Shown one piece after another: positions 28,570 through 39,422 of a stretch of DNA of 64,000 bases (positions within the stretch are counted from its first letter, which is position 1; each line of letters starts with the position of its first letter). Under the pieces are notes generated by a model that saw nothing but the letters and a program-made list of their open reading frames with translations, did no database searches and was not told the DNA's origin. A program made the position numbers and the translations under genes. The stretch spans positions 288,001 through 352,000 of the forward strand of contig CAWANJ010000002.1 in NCBI GenBank assembly GCA_963783385.1, read 5' to 3'. Source of the DNA: an uncultured Gemmatimonadales bacterium (lineage in GTDB: Bacteria > Gemmatimonadota > Gemmatimonadetes > Palauibacterales > Palauibacteraceae).

Positions 28570-30813
28570 CGGGAGCCGCCCCCGATACGCAGCACCCCGT
28601 CGAACCATCTCGCCGTGGCGCTGTCCGCTTCGAGCCAGCTCGCGTAACGCAGGAAGTCGTGGATCTCGTCGGGGATCACCAGCTCCTCGAACCGGACGCC
28701 GCGGGCCCGCAGGCGCTGGACCAGGTCCACGGTCTGGTGGAAGTGGACGTTGCGGTCGTCGTCTCCCTGGACGAGGAGGACGGGGCTCGTCCACCGGTCC
28801 ATCCACGCCACCGGCGAGGAGCGCCACGCCACGTGGAGGGCACGCCCCAGGTCGCCCTTCTCGTAGCGGAGCTCCCGGTCCGGGAGGTCCAGCCAGCTGC
28901 GGAGCGTGTAGGTCCAGTCGTGCACCCCGTGCATGTCGACGCCCGTCGCGAACACGTCCGAGTTGCGGGCCAGGGCGAGCGCGGTCAGGTAGCCGCCGTA
29001 GGAGCCGCCCCAGATGCCGATGCGGGCCGAGTCCACGTCGGGCAGCGAGCGCAGGTAGCCGGCCCCGGCCAGCACGTCCCGATACTCGGAAGCTCCCCGC
29101 CAGCCCGCGTCGGACGGATGGTGGAATGCGCGGCCGTAGCCGATGCCGAGCCTGATAGTTCACCGAGCAGGACGACGTAGCCGTGGTCGGCCAGGTACTG
29201 GTTCACCGCGTAGCTGTTCGAGTAGTACAGGAAGTAGTGCCACCCGAGCAGCATCTGCCGCGGCGGGCCCCCGTGTACGAAGATCACGGCGGGCTTGCGG
29301 CCGCTCCCTCCCCGGTCGAACAGCTGCCCGTGCACCAGGACCCGTCCTCGGCCCGGAAGGCGACGTTCTTCGGAACCACCAGGTCGGCCGTCGGAAAGTC
29401 GGACGGGATCCGGTCCCGCCCCAGGAGCTTCGTCGTGCCTCCGGAGCCGGCACGACCGCCGCGAGCGGGGGACGCCTGGGGCCCGCCGACACCAAGGCCA
29501 CGCCGGACCCGTCGCCCGTCACGACCGGGTAGTAGGAGAGGTCCGCGCCCGAGGTCAGGGCTCGTGGCGCCCCTCCGGCGGGCGACACGCGGAACAGGTG
29601 GCGCCGATCGACGTCCCCGGGCGCCCCCCCGGCGTTGGCGTTGTAGACCAGGAAGCGCCCGTCCGGGCTGGCGGCCACGTACTCGACCATGAAGGAGCCG
29701 GGGGTGAGCAGGGTCGGCGCCGCGCCGCCGTCCGCCGGGACCGAGTACAGGTGGGGCCATCCGTCCAGGTCCGCCAGGAAGGTCAGGCGGCCCCCGGCCA
29801 TCCAGTGCAGGTTGGCCTGGCCGGCGGTCTGCGGGTAGGAGCCTCGGGGCGTGTCCGGCGAGGCCCACACCTGGCGGGCCCTCCCCGTAGCGGCGTCGGC
29901 CACCCGGATCGACCAGGGGGTCGGCGTTTCCTCGAGAATGGGATCCGGCGGGCCGCCCCTCCCGTGCCTTCGCACGAACGCCACCTCCCGCCCGTCGGGC
30001 GACCAGCGCGGGCTACCGTCCAGGCCCGTCGACGGATCGAGGAAGCGGACCGAGTCGGAGCCCATGCGGTACACCCCGATGAACGCGTGGTCACCCCGGC
30101 CGCTCTGAAACGCCAGCCGGCGCCCGTCCGGGGACCAGCGGAGGTCGCGGTCGCGTCCACGGTCGAAGAACAGCGCCGCCGGGGCCGCCGAGTCGGCGAG
30201 CGCCACGGACCACACGGCCCCGTCCTTCAGGAAGGCGACCGTGTCCGAGGTGGGCGAGGGGGTGGGCTCGTCGCCGGCGGCGACCTTTCGCGGCGTGCCG
30301 CCCGCGAACGGCACCGCCCACATGGCCACCTCGGGACGGGCCGACGAGGCGTCCGGGTTGGGCGGGACCGCCTCGGACCAGTTGCCGCCATGGTCGCCCC
30401 CGCGCACGTACAGGATCGTCGCGCCGTCGTGGGTGAACGCGAGCCCGGTGAGCTCCTGGCCGTCGTCTTTCGGTGTAGTCGGTGACGCGGTGGGGCGCGA
30501 AGTCGGGACCCTCGGCCGCGTAGATGTTCCGCACGCCGCGCTCCCACAGGACCCAGGCGATCCGGCTTCCGGTCGGCGATGCCGCGATCTCGGAAGGGAA
30601 GGGGAAGCCCAGCACCTGGCGGAGCGCGAAGGTGTCCGCGGCCGCCGGACCGTACAGGTCCGTCTCCGCCGGTCGGCGAGCCGCGCGCGCGGCCCGGGCC
30701 TCCGTCCCCGCCGGCCTGGCGGCGGCCGGTCGGGCCGAGCCCGCCGCCACGAGCGCCAGGAGGAGCATGCCGGCCGTCCATGCCGCCCGCCCGTGATCGG
30801 TCCGATCCTGCAT
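28566..30813 (-). CDS. S9 family secreted peptidase (beta-propeller plus alpha/beta hydrolase), five apparent indels (~30469, ~29449, ~29340, ~29167, ~29154)
   Basis: Fragments in successive frames give a signal peptide, WSPDG repeats, FVHGGP, SVNYRLGIGYG (restored), GIWGGSYGG, QGDDDRNV and PDEIH. Could be a true pseudogene. Confidence 0.8.
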
Positions 30814-30905
30814 GCGTCTCCTCCGTCGCCCGGGAACCGGTTTCGCCTGCCGACCGCCGCGCGAAGATGGAGGGCCACGGCGGCCGCCGATAGGGCGAAC
30901 TCCGG

Positions 30906-30934
30906 TTGATCGGCCCCGAGACGCCCGGTATGAT
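30906..30934 (+). promoter_or_regulatory. Sigma70 promoter of the alr operon
   Basis: TTGATC-N17-TATGAT, 9 nt before the TTG start. Confidence 0.65.
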
Positions 30935-30943
30935 GGGCCGACC

Positions 30944-32071
30944 TTGAACACGGCACCGGAGGACGAGACGCGGCGCGCCTGGGTCGAGGTGGACCTGGGC
31001 GCGCTCCGACGCAACTTCGCCACGCTCGCGGAGCGTGCCGGAGGTGCATCCCGGCTCCTCGTCATGCTCAAGGCGGACGGCTACGGGCTGGGCGCCGTCG
31101 CCGTGGCCCGAGCGCTCGGGGAGGCGCCGCCCTGGGCCTACGGGGTGGCCACCCTCGAGGAGGGGGCCGAGCTGCGCCGGGTCGGGGTCGAGGGGCGCGT
31201 CATCGTGTTCTCGCCGTGCCCTCCCCTGGATGCCGGGGCGCTGGCCGCGAGTTCGCTCGAGCCGGCCGTGTCCTCGCTCGACGCGCTGCGACGCTTCGGG
31301 TCGGCCGCGCGCGAGGGCGGTCCGCTGTCGGTGCACCTGGAGATCGACACGGGCATGGGCCGTCTGGGCCTGCTGGCCGAGGACGCGGACCGGTGGACGG
31401 GCGAGCTGGCGGAAGCGCTACGAACGTACCCCCTGAGGCTGGCGAGTACCTTCACCCACTTCCACTCGGCCGACTCCGACCCGGACGCCACGCGGGAGCA
31501 GGAGCGACGGTTCCGGTCGGCGCTGGACGCCCTGCGCGCCGCGGGTGTGGACCCGGGCCTCACCCACGCCGCCAACAGCGCGGCCCTGTTCTCGCAGGGC
31601 ACCTCGGACCACGATCTGGCGCGCCCGGGCATCTACCTGTACGGCGGCGGCCCGGGCGACCCGGAGCCCGTGGCGTCGGTCCGTGCACGGGTCCTGGACG
31701 TGCGGACGCTTCCCGCCGGCCACGCCGTGAGCTACGGCGCCACCTGGCGTGCCGAGGGTCCCGCGCGGCTCGCGACGCTGGGTATCGGGTACGGGGACGG
31801 GCTGCGGACCCGACTGTCCAATCGGGGGTTCGTCCTCCTGGGTGGGCGGAAGGCACCGATCCGGGGCGCCGTGTGTATGGATGTGACCGTAGTCCAGGTC
31901 GCGCCCGATTCGTCGGTCGCGCCGGGCGACCGGGCGACGCTCCTGGGGACGGACGGAGAGGAGAGGATCACGCTGGCCGAGCTGGCAGACGCGTACGACG
32001 CGATCGACTACGAGGTGCTCACGGGGCTGGGCGGACGCCTCTCCCGGATCTACCTGGATCGGCAGCCTTGA
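30944..32071 (+). CDS. alr: Alanine racemase
   Basis: AWVEVDL, MLKADGYG (PLP lysine), HLEIDTGMGRLG, RPGIYLYG, VSYG, GYGDG and VCMD. Confidence 0.95.
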   Translation: MNTAPEDETRRAWVEVDLGALRRNFATLAERAGGASRLLVMLKADGYGLGAVAVARALGEAPPWAYGVATLEEGAELRRVGVEGRVIVFSPCPPLDAGALAASSLEPAVSSLDALRRFGSAAREGGPLSVHLEIDTGMGRLGLLAEDADRWTGELAEALRTYPLRLASTFTHFHSADSDPDATREQERRFRSALDALRAAGVDPGLTHAANSAALFSQGTSDHDLARPGIYLYGGGPGDPEPVASVRARVLDVRTLPAGHAVSYGATWRAEGPARLATLGIGYGDGLRTRLSNRGFVLLGGRKAPIRGAVCMDVTVVQVAPDSSVAPGDRATLLGTDGEERITLAELADAYDAIDYEVLTGLGGRLSRIYLDRQP

Positions 32072-32514
32072 GCCGGGCGGAGCGTGCCGATCTCCTGGAT
32101 CTGGCGCGGGAGGCCATGCGCTCGGCCTACGCTCCCTATTCGGGATTCAGGGTGGGGGCGGTGCTCGAGGCCGAGGACGGACGGCGCTTCTCGGGCTGCA
32201 ACGTGGAGAACGCCGCCTCCTCGGTCACGGTGTGCGCGGAGAGGGTGGCGCTCGGGACGGCGGTGCGCGCCGGAGCACGGCGCTTCCGGCGGCTGGCGCT
32301 GTGCGCGAGCGGCACGCGCCCGGTGTCGCCCTGCGGCGTGTGCCGACAGGCTCTCTCGGAGTTCGGGGTCGAGACGCGGGTGGTGAGTGTGGCGGACGGG
32401 AGCGACGGGAGCGACGTGGCTGAGTGGACGCTGGAGGAGCTCCTGCCGGCCCGCTTCGGCGCCGGAGACCTCGGGCGGCGGTCGGTCGTCCGGGACACCG
32501 GGGAGGAGGCGTGA
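32068..32514 (+). CDS. cdd: Cytidine deaminase
   Basis: AYAPYSGFRVGA, GCNVENA, CAERVA and PCGVCRQ; TTGA overlap with alr. Confidence 0.92.
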   Translation: MSRAERADLLDLAREAMRSAYAPYSGFRVGAVLEAEDGRRFSGCNVENAASSVTVCAERVALGTAVRAGARRFRRLALCASGTRPVSPCGVCRQALSEFGVETRVVSVADGSDGSDVAEWTLEELLPARFGAGDLGRRSVVRDTGEEA

Positions 32515-33836
32515 GCCCGGCGTTCTCGCGCGGCCCCGGGGCGCGCCGCGCACGCCGACGACGCCGGGTTCGCGGGGCCGCGGCCGTCACGCTCCTCCTC
32601 CTGGCCGCGGCGTGCACCGAGCGCTCGATCACCTCTCCCAACGAAGGCTCGGCTCCGGGCTCGGGCACGCCGACCGTCGAAATCACGATCCCGGCCGATT
32701 CCATGATGGTGTGGCGGGACACGACTTACACGGGCTTCGCCACGCCGGGGAACGTCGCGTTCTGGATCGGGGCGGACACCGACTCGCTCGAATCGCGGCC
32801 GTTGCTGCGGATCGCCGCCATCCCGGACACCCTCACCATCGACTCGCTGGCCTTCGTGGTCGACACCTTCCGCGACGCGCAGCTCCGGCTGACGTACGAC
32901 ACGACCGACATCGTCATTCCGGCGGGCGGGACGACTTTCAAGGCCTACGTCCTGAACCGGTCCTACGACGCCTCGCAGGCCACCTGGGACCGGGCCGCGG
33001 ATGGCCAGCCATGGGACAGCGCGGGCGGCGATCTCGGGCCCCTCCTGGCCACCCTGACGCTCAAGCCGCTGGGCTCCGACTCGGTGGTCAACGACACGAT
33101 CACGGGCGACAGCGAGCTCCCGCCCGACTCGCTGCTCAAGGCGTGGCGAGCCTCGGGCGGTGGCCATGGGATCGTCGTCGTGCCCCAGGACGCGGGCACC
33201 CGGGTCCGGTTCGTCCGGGCCGTGCTGGCCAGCAACTTCGACGCCGTTCACGGGGACTCGGTCCGGAAGCTCTACCAGTACTTCCCGGCTTCCGGGCAGA
33301 CGTTCATCTACAGCCCGTCGCCCCCCGCCCCGTCCCCGTCGGAGCTGCGCGTGGGAGGCGTTCCGGCCGGCCGGGGCTACTTCGAGTTCCTGCCCCCCGA
33401 CAGCGTGGAGGGTTACCGGCTGCGCGGCGCGCAGATCAGCCGGGCCGAGCTCGTGTTCCAGCCCCTGGGGGCACCGGCCGCGCCCTTCCGGCTGGAGCGG
33501 GCGGTCAGGGCCAGGCTCACGGCGCTGGCGGCCGATTTCTTCCAGCTGGGCCCCAAGACGCCGGTGGCCGGCTGGGCGAGCGCGCCCACCTTCAGCATGG
33601 ACCCGGACTCCCTGGCGACCGGCACGCCGGTGCGACTCGACGTGACCACGCTCCTCCGGAACTGGGCCGGGACGCCCGCCGACTCCACGCCGGAGACGAT
33701 CCGGCTCGGACTCGAGCTACTGCCCGATGGCCAGACGCTGGGCTACTGGTCGTTCGGCGGGGTGGCCGCGTCCGCCGGGGCCCGGCCGCGGCTCCGGCTG
33801 CTCGTCACCCCACCCGTGCCGTTCACCGTGCCATGA
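32511..33836 (+). CDS. Hypothetical beta-rich lipoprotein
   Basis: Basic N-region, LLLLAAAC lipobox, ggaggagg SD and GTGA overlap with cdd. Confidence 0.7.
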   Translation: MSPAFSRGPGARRARRRRRVRGAAAVTLLLLAAACTERSITSPNEGSAPGSGTPTVEITIPADSMMVWRDTTYTGFATPGNVAFWIGADTDSLESRPLLRIAAIPDTLTIDSLAFVVDTFRDAQLRLTYDTTDIVIPAGGTTFKAYVLNRSYDASQATWDRAADGQPWDSAGGDLGPLLATLTLKPLGSDSVVNDTITGDSELPPDSLLKAWRASGGGHGIVVVPQDAGTRVRFVRAVLASNFDAVHGDSVRKLYQYFPASGQTFIYSPSPPAPSPSELRVGGVPAGRGYFEFLPPDSVEGYRLRGAQISRAELVFQPLGAPAAPFRLERAVRARLTALAADFFQLGPKTPVAGWASAPTFSMDPDSLATGTPVRLDVTTLLRNWAGTPADSTPETIRLGLELLPDGQTLGYWSFGGVAASAGARPRLRLLVTPPVPFTVP

Positions 33837-35101
33837 GCCGGACAGGAATCCGAATGCTTCGCGCCGCAAACGCCCGGACCGGAGGTCCATCGCGCACGGG
33901 GCGGCGGGCGTCCCGCCTGGCGGTCCTCGCCCTGGCGCTGGTAGCGGGGGCGGGTGGCGTCCGCTCGGCGTCCGCGCAGGCCGTGCCGACCACGGCGCTG
34001 GGCCTGGGCTACCCGACCCCGCCGCTGGATGCGCGCGCGGCGGCGCTCGGGGGCATCGGCGTCGGCCTGCTGGGGGGGACGCTGTCGGTGCGCAACCCGG
34101 CCGACCTCATCGACTTCAAGGTGCCCGTCCTCAGCGCCACGACCTCCCCCCAGAGCGTGACGCTCAGGGGAAACGGGCTGAGCCCGACTCACGATGGCCG
34201 CAGCAACTTCCCCGTGCTCGGGATCGCGGTTCCGATCAGCGGGTTCGCCTTCGGGATCGGCGTGGGATCGGAGCTGGACCAGGACTGGTCCCTGAGCTTC
34301 GCCGACACCCTCCACGCGGCGAGCGGCGACTTTCCGTACGTCGACCGTCGGGAGCACAACGGCGGCATCAGCTCCATCGACATCGCCGCGGCGCGCCAGT
34401 TCGGGCCGCTGTCCGTCGGGTTCGCGTACGATCGCCTGGTCGGCAGCCTCCGTCAGACGTTCACGCGCCAGTTCCAGGCCAGCACTGACAGCACGGTGAG
34501 CCCCCCGGGCACCGTCAGGGACCGGGCCCAGTGGAACTACCACGGCTCGCGCTTCCGCGCCGGCGCGGGCGTCCAACTCGGCGCCCGGGTGCGGGTGAGC
34601 GGCGTGTACTCGTGGACTCCGTCGCTGACCGCCGAGCGGGACAGCGTGGGCACCACGCGCACTTTCGACATGCCCCGCTGGTTCGCGGTCGGGGCGAGCG
34701 CCCGTCCATTCACGAACCTCCTGCTGACGGCGGGAGGGGGCTGGTCGGGATGGTCCGCCGCCGATCGGGAGGTGAGCGGGACGCGGGCGCGCGACATCCA
34801 CTGGGGCGGGGCGGGGCTGGAATTCACCGGTTGGAAGATCGGCGTCTTCCCGCTCGCCCTGCGGGCGGGCGCGCACTTCACGCAGCTACCCTTCTGGCAG
34901 ATCGGTCACCAGCCCCTGGACGAGAAGGCGGTGTCGGCCGGCATCGGGACGCAGTTCGCCGGGGACCGCGGGCGGCTGGACTTCAGCCTCGAGGTCGGCA
35001 AGCGGGGGAACGCGCCCGCCACGGGGACCGCGGAGACCTTCCGGCGCTTCACGCTCACCTTCATGCTGCGCCAGATCCCCACGCCGGGCTTCCTGCCTTG
35101 A
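33833..35101 (+). CDS. Outer-membrane beta-barrel, FadL/PorV-like
   Basis: Signal peptide, DARAAALGG...NPA hatch motif and alternating amphipathic strands; ATGA overlap with the lipoprotein gene. Confidence 0.7.
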   Translation: MSRTGIRMLRAANARTGGPSRTGRRASRLAVLALALVAGAGGVRSASAQAVPTTALGLGYPTPPLDARAAALGGIGVGLLGGTLSVRNPADLIDFKVPVLSATTSPQSVTLRGNGLSPTHDGRSNFPVLGIAVPISGFAFGIGVGSELDQDWSLSFADTLHAASGDFPYVDRREHNGGISSIDIAAARQFGPLSVGFAYDRLVGSLRQTFTRQFQASTDSTVSPPGTVRDRAQWNYHGSRFRAGAGVQLGARVRVSGVYSWTPSLTAERDSVGTTRTFDMPRWFAVGASARPFTNLLLTAGGGWSGWSAADREVSGTRARDIHWGGAGLEFTGWKIGVFPLALRAGAHFTQLPFWQIGHQPLDEKAVSAGIGTQFAGDRGRLDFSLEVGKRGNAPATGTAETFRRFTLTFMLRQIPTPGFLP

Positions 35102-35150
35102 TTGAGGGCCCGTTGATCTCCCCCGGGCTACGTATGCGGGCGTGGGAAGC

Positions 35151-36536
35151 ATGACACGGCTACTCCCGCTTCGACGTCCGCGTCGTTCCCCCGAACCCGG
35201 CGCGGGTGCCCCGCGCCCGGCGGGGCCGCGCGTGTACATCGAGACGTACGGCTGCCAGATGAACATCAACGACACGGAGCTCATGGCCGGAGGGCTCGCC
35301 GAGCGAGGATACGTGCGGGTGGAGGATCCGGAGCGGGCCGACGTGATCCTGGTGAACACCTGCGCGATCCGGGAGCACGCCGAGCGGCGGGTGCGAGGTC
35401 GGATCGGACAGCTGCAGCGCTATCGGCGCGCGCGTCCCGATCTGGTGCTGGGGGTGACGGGCTGCATGGCCCAGCGCATCGGCCACCGGCTCCTGGAAGA
35501 GGTCGACGGAGTCGACCTCGTGGCCGGACCCGACGGCTACCGCGACCTGGGCCGACGCCTGGATGGGATCCTCGACGGCGCGCTGGAGCGCGGACAGGCG
35601 CTCCTCGACCTCGATCCCACGGAACACTACGAGGGAAGCCGGATCGCCCGGGGGAAGGGCGTGACCGCGTGGATCACGGTGCAGCGGGGCTGCGACCACC
35701 GGTGCACTTTCTGCATCGTGCCCTACGTCCGGGGCGACGAGAAGAACCGCGAGCCGGCCCGGATCCTCGAGGAGGCGCGGCAGGCCGTGCGGGAGGGCTA
35801 CACGGAGGTGACCCTCCTGGGCCAGACGGTGAACTCGTATCGGCACGGGTCGTGGGACTTCCCGCGGCTCCTTCGCGCCGTGGCCCGGGTGCCGGGCCTG
35901 AGGCGGGTGCGGTTCACCTCACCCCACCCCAACGACGTGACCAAGGAGCTGCTCGAGGTGATCGACCGGGAGCCGACCGTGTGCCGGCAGCTGCACCTGC
36001 CCGTGCAGTCCGGCTCCGACCGGGTCCTCAAGCGGATGGTGCGTCGCTACACGTCCGCCGAGTTCCTGGCGAAGGCCGAGCTCTCCCGGAGGATGGTGCC
36101 GGGGATCGCCCTGAGCACGGACGTGATCGTGGGCTTCCCGGGCGAGGGGGAGGAGGACTTCGAGGCTACCCTGGCGCTGATGCGGCAGGTCCGCTTCGAG
36201 GATGCGTTCCTGTACCGCTACTCGCCGCGCGAGGGGACGCCGGCGACGCGCTTCCCGGAGGAGGACTTCGTCCCGGGCGACGTGGCGCAGGATCGGCTGG
36301 AGCGGCTCATCGACCTGCACCGCGGTCTCCAGCGCGAGGTCAGCGAGCGCGAGCTGGGACGCACGGTCCAGGTGCTGGTCGAGGGCGCGGCGCGCTCCGA
36401 GGGCGACGTGCTGGGCCGCACCGAGTGCAACAGGGTCGTGGCGTTCCCGGGCTCGACGGATGAGATCGGATCGTACCTGGAGGTACGGCTCGTCGGAACC
36501 TCGGGGGCCACGTTCACCGGAGAGCGCGTCGCGTGA
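35151..36536 (+). CDS. miaB: tRNA-2-methylthio-N6-dimethylallyladenosine synthase
   Basis: IETYGCQMN, NTCAIRE, GCMAQ, radical SAM motif CDHRCTFC, FTSPHP and a TRAM tail. Confidence 0.95.
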   Translation: MTRLLPLRRPRRSPEPGAGAPRPAGPRVYIETYGCQMNINDTELMAGGLAERGYVRVEDPERADVILVNTCAIREHAERRVRGRIGQLQRYRRARPDLVLGVTGCMAQRIGHRLLEEVDGVDLVAGPDGYRDLGRRLDGILDGALERGQALLDLDPTEHYEGSRIARGKGVTAWITVQRGCDHRCTFCIVPYVRGDEKNREPARILEEARQAVREGYTEVTLLGQTVNSYRHGSWDFPRLLRAVARVPGLRRVRFTSPHPNDVTKELLEVIDREPTVCRQLHLPVQSGSDRVLKRMVRRYTSAEFLAKAELSRRMVPGIALSTDVIVGFPGEGEEDFEATLALMRQVRFEDAFLYRYSPREGTPATRFPEEDFVPGDVAQDRLERLIDLHRGLQREVSERELGRTVQVLVEGAARSEGDVLGRTECNRVVAFPGSTDEIGSYLEVRLVGTSGATFTGERVA

Positions 36537-36549
36537 GGGGAGGGTCGCG

Positions 36550-36804
36550 GTGAAGAACTGGGTGCGCATCCTGAACCTGATCGTGGCGGCGGCGCTGGCC
36601 ACCGCCTTCGCCATCGCCAACGGCGCGCAGCGCGTCACCGTGGAGCTGGGGCTGTTCACGCTGCGGTCCGTGTCGCTGCCACTGGTGGTATTCGGGGCGG
36701 TGCTGTTCGGAATGGTGGCCGTCCTCCTGGCGGGCCTCCGCGGCGACATGCGGAACCGGCGCCAGATGGAGAAGGCCCGCCGCCTGTTCGAGCGAGAGGA
36801 CTAG
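36550..36804 (+). CDS. LapA (DUF1049) family membrane protein
   Basis: FAIANGAQRVTVELG...LPLVVFGAVLFG followed by a basic helix; gggaggg SD. Confidence 0.7.
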   Translation: MKNWVRILNLIVAAALATAFAIANGAQRVTVELGLFTLRSVSLPLVVFGAVLFGMVAVLLAGLRGDMRNRRQMEKARRLFERED

Positions 36805-36865
36805 CCGGGCCCGCCCGCTGCTCGCGGCGGCCTCCTAGACCGGCGCGCCCGGGCTCGCGGCCGCC

Positions 36866-39422
36866 GTGAAATCTCCGCGCCGGCGGGACGGGCGTCCTAT
36901 CCGCCGGGCGCGGCCCGGGCCCCTCCTCCTGGGCGCCCTGGCGCTGCTGGCCGGCGACCTGTGCGGCCTGGCACCCGGCGCCCCATCCCCTCCCGGCCAT
37001 CCCCCTGCTCGCGGGGGCGGCGTTCCTGACGCTGGCCCTCGTTCCCGGCTGGACGGCCCGGGGATCCGGCGCGGCCCGGGAGACCCTCGGGCTCCTCGGG
37101 GCGTGCTTCCTGGTCGGCCTGGCTCTCGGCGGCCGAGGCGCCGCCGCGGCTCGGAAGGGGTGTGCGGCGGGCCTCGCGTCGGGCGACACGGTGGAAGCCC
37201 GGGGCCGGCTGGCCGGGCGCCCGAGCCCGACCGCCGGCGCCGGCGCACCGGGCCGGCGCGGGCCTCCCGTCGTGCGCGCCGAGCTCACGGAGGCGCGGAT
37301 CTCGTTCCGTGGCGGTGGCTGCCGGCTCGGGCACCTCCGGGTGAGCCTGCCGGCGAAGGCCGTCGGGGCGTCGAGCGGGAGCTCCGGGCTCTCGGCCGGC
37401 ACGATCCTCGACGTGCGCGGCCGCTGGTGGAGCGCGGGACGCGGCGACCGGTGGCCCCGGCCTCCCGGCCGGGCCGGGGTGCTGCTGGCCCGCTCGGCGC
37501 GCGCCGGACCGCGCACCGTTCCGGCCTGGCGCGTTCGGCTTCGGGCCGCGGCGGCGCGGCGCCTGCGCCGCAGGCTCCCGGCCGATGTGGCTCCGCTCGG
37601 CCTCGCGCTGGTGCTGGCCGACCGGAGCGGCCTGGACCCGCGGCTGGCCCGCCGCTTCGCCGAGGCGGGCCTCGCGCACCTCCTGGCCATTTCGGGCCTG
37701 CACGTCGGTATCCTGGCCGCCGGGGCGGCCGGACTCCTGGGGCTCGCGGGGCTTCGCCGCAGGCGGCACGCCCTCGCGGCCGTGCTCGCCCTGGGGTACG
37801 TGGCTCTCCTGGGGTTCCCTCCGGCGGCGCTCCGGGCGGCGATCCTGGTCGGGGGCTGGGCCCTGGCCCGGACGCGCGGGAGCCCGGTACGGCTGGGAGA
37901 GCTGCTGGGACTGGCGGCGGCGGTCACCATCGTTCTCGCTCCGCTCGCCCCGCTCGACGTGGGTTTCCAGCTCTCCTTCGCCGGTTTCGTGGGGCTGGGG
38001 CTCGGGGCGGCTCTGGCGCGACGGGCCCTGGAGGCGGGGCTGGCGGCGGGCGGGCGGGCGGCGACGGCGGCGCGCCGGGGCCGGCGGCTGGCGCTGCCGC
38101 TGGCGGCCGGAGCGGGTGCCTTCGGCCTCACCGCGCCCCTGGCGGCGGTCCACTTCGGACGGGCGGCGCCGATCGCCGTCGTCACGAACCTGGTGGGCGT
38201 CCCCCTGGTGACGCTGGCGCTGGCCGGGCTGGCGGGAGCCCTGGTCCTGCCCGTCTTCCTGGGCGGGGGCCTGGCGGCGGCCGCGGCGGGAGGGGCGCTC
38301 CGGCTCCTGGAGGGCGTGGTGGACCGCTTCGCTGCGCTCCCCTTCGGCCACGCCGAAGTGGCGCCGCCCGGGCCGCTTGCCTGGGTGGCGGCCGTCCTCC
38401 TCGTCGCGGCGGCCGTCCAGGCGGCCCGGGGGCTCCCCCGGCGTGCCTGGATCCCGGTCCTGTGCGGAGGCCTGGCCGTGCTGGTGGCCGGCCCGGGCCT
38501 GTATGCCCTGAGGGCCGGTCCCGATGCTCTCCTGTGCTCGCTGGACGTGGGTCAGGGAGACGCGGCGGTGCTGAGGACGCGCCGCGGACACTGGCTCGTG
38601 TTCGACGCCGGGCCGCGCTCGGGCTCCTTCGACGCCGGACGTCGGGTGATCACGCCGTTCCTGCGCCGGCGCGGGGCGAGGTCCATCGCGCTGTTCGTGC
38701 TCTCGCACCCTCACCTGGACCACCTGGGCGGCGCTCCGGCCCTCCTGGACGGATTCCAGGTGGCGGGCGTGCTGGATGCCGGGAACCCACTGCCCACGCC
38801 CGCGTACGCCGACTTTCTGGAGGAGGTGTCGGAGGAGGGAGCTCGCTGGCTGCCGGCCAGGCCGGGCGAGCGGCTCCGGATCGACGAGGTCGAGCTCCTG
38901 GTCCTGGGTCCCGACCTCGAGGCCGAGCGGACCCGAGAGGAGACCGTCTCACCCGACGCCGCGGTGGAGGCCAACGAGGGGAGCGTGGCGGTCCGCGTGC
39001 GGATCGGGGGCTTCACCTACGTGAACCCGGGGGACGCCTCCGCCGTGGAGGAGCGCTGGCTGCTGGATCGCTGGCCGCCGGACTCGCTGCGGGCTATCCT
39101 CCTCAAGGTGGGACACCACGGGAGCCGGGGCTCCTCGAGCGCGCCGTGGCTGGCGGCCGTGGCGCCCCGCATCGCGTTCATCTCCAGCGGGGCCGGCAAC
39201 CGGTATGGCCATCCCCACGCCGAGGCCCTCGAGCGGCTCGGGCAGGCTGGAATCTCGCGCGTGTGGCGGTCGGACCGACAGGGGACGCTGTGCCTCGAGG
39301 TCCGGGCGGACGGGGCGTGGCGGATGCCGGGCGGGAGCTGGAATCCGCCGACGCCCGGGCGACCGGTCGCCGACCCCGACATCGACACCGTCATCGTGAC
39401 ACACACGCAGGAGCGTCGCTGA
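36866..39422 (+). CDS. comEC: DNA internalization competence protein ComEC/Rec2, apparent +1 indel at ~36988
   Basis: GLAHLLAISGLHV, GFQLSF, and a metallo-beta-lactamase domain (DVGQGDA, LSHPHLDHLGG, KVGHHGS, NRYGHP). The hydrophobic N-terminus continues across one frame change. Confidence 0.9.

Noticed and set aside
32395-32415. Short tandem repeat gacgggagc in cdd
   Set aside because: About 2.3 in-frame copies encoding DGSDGSD in a loop; too short to suggest a contingency locus.
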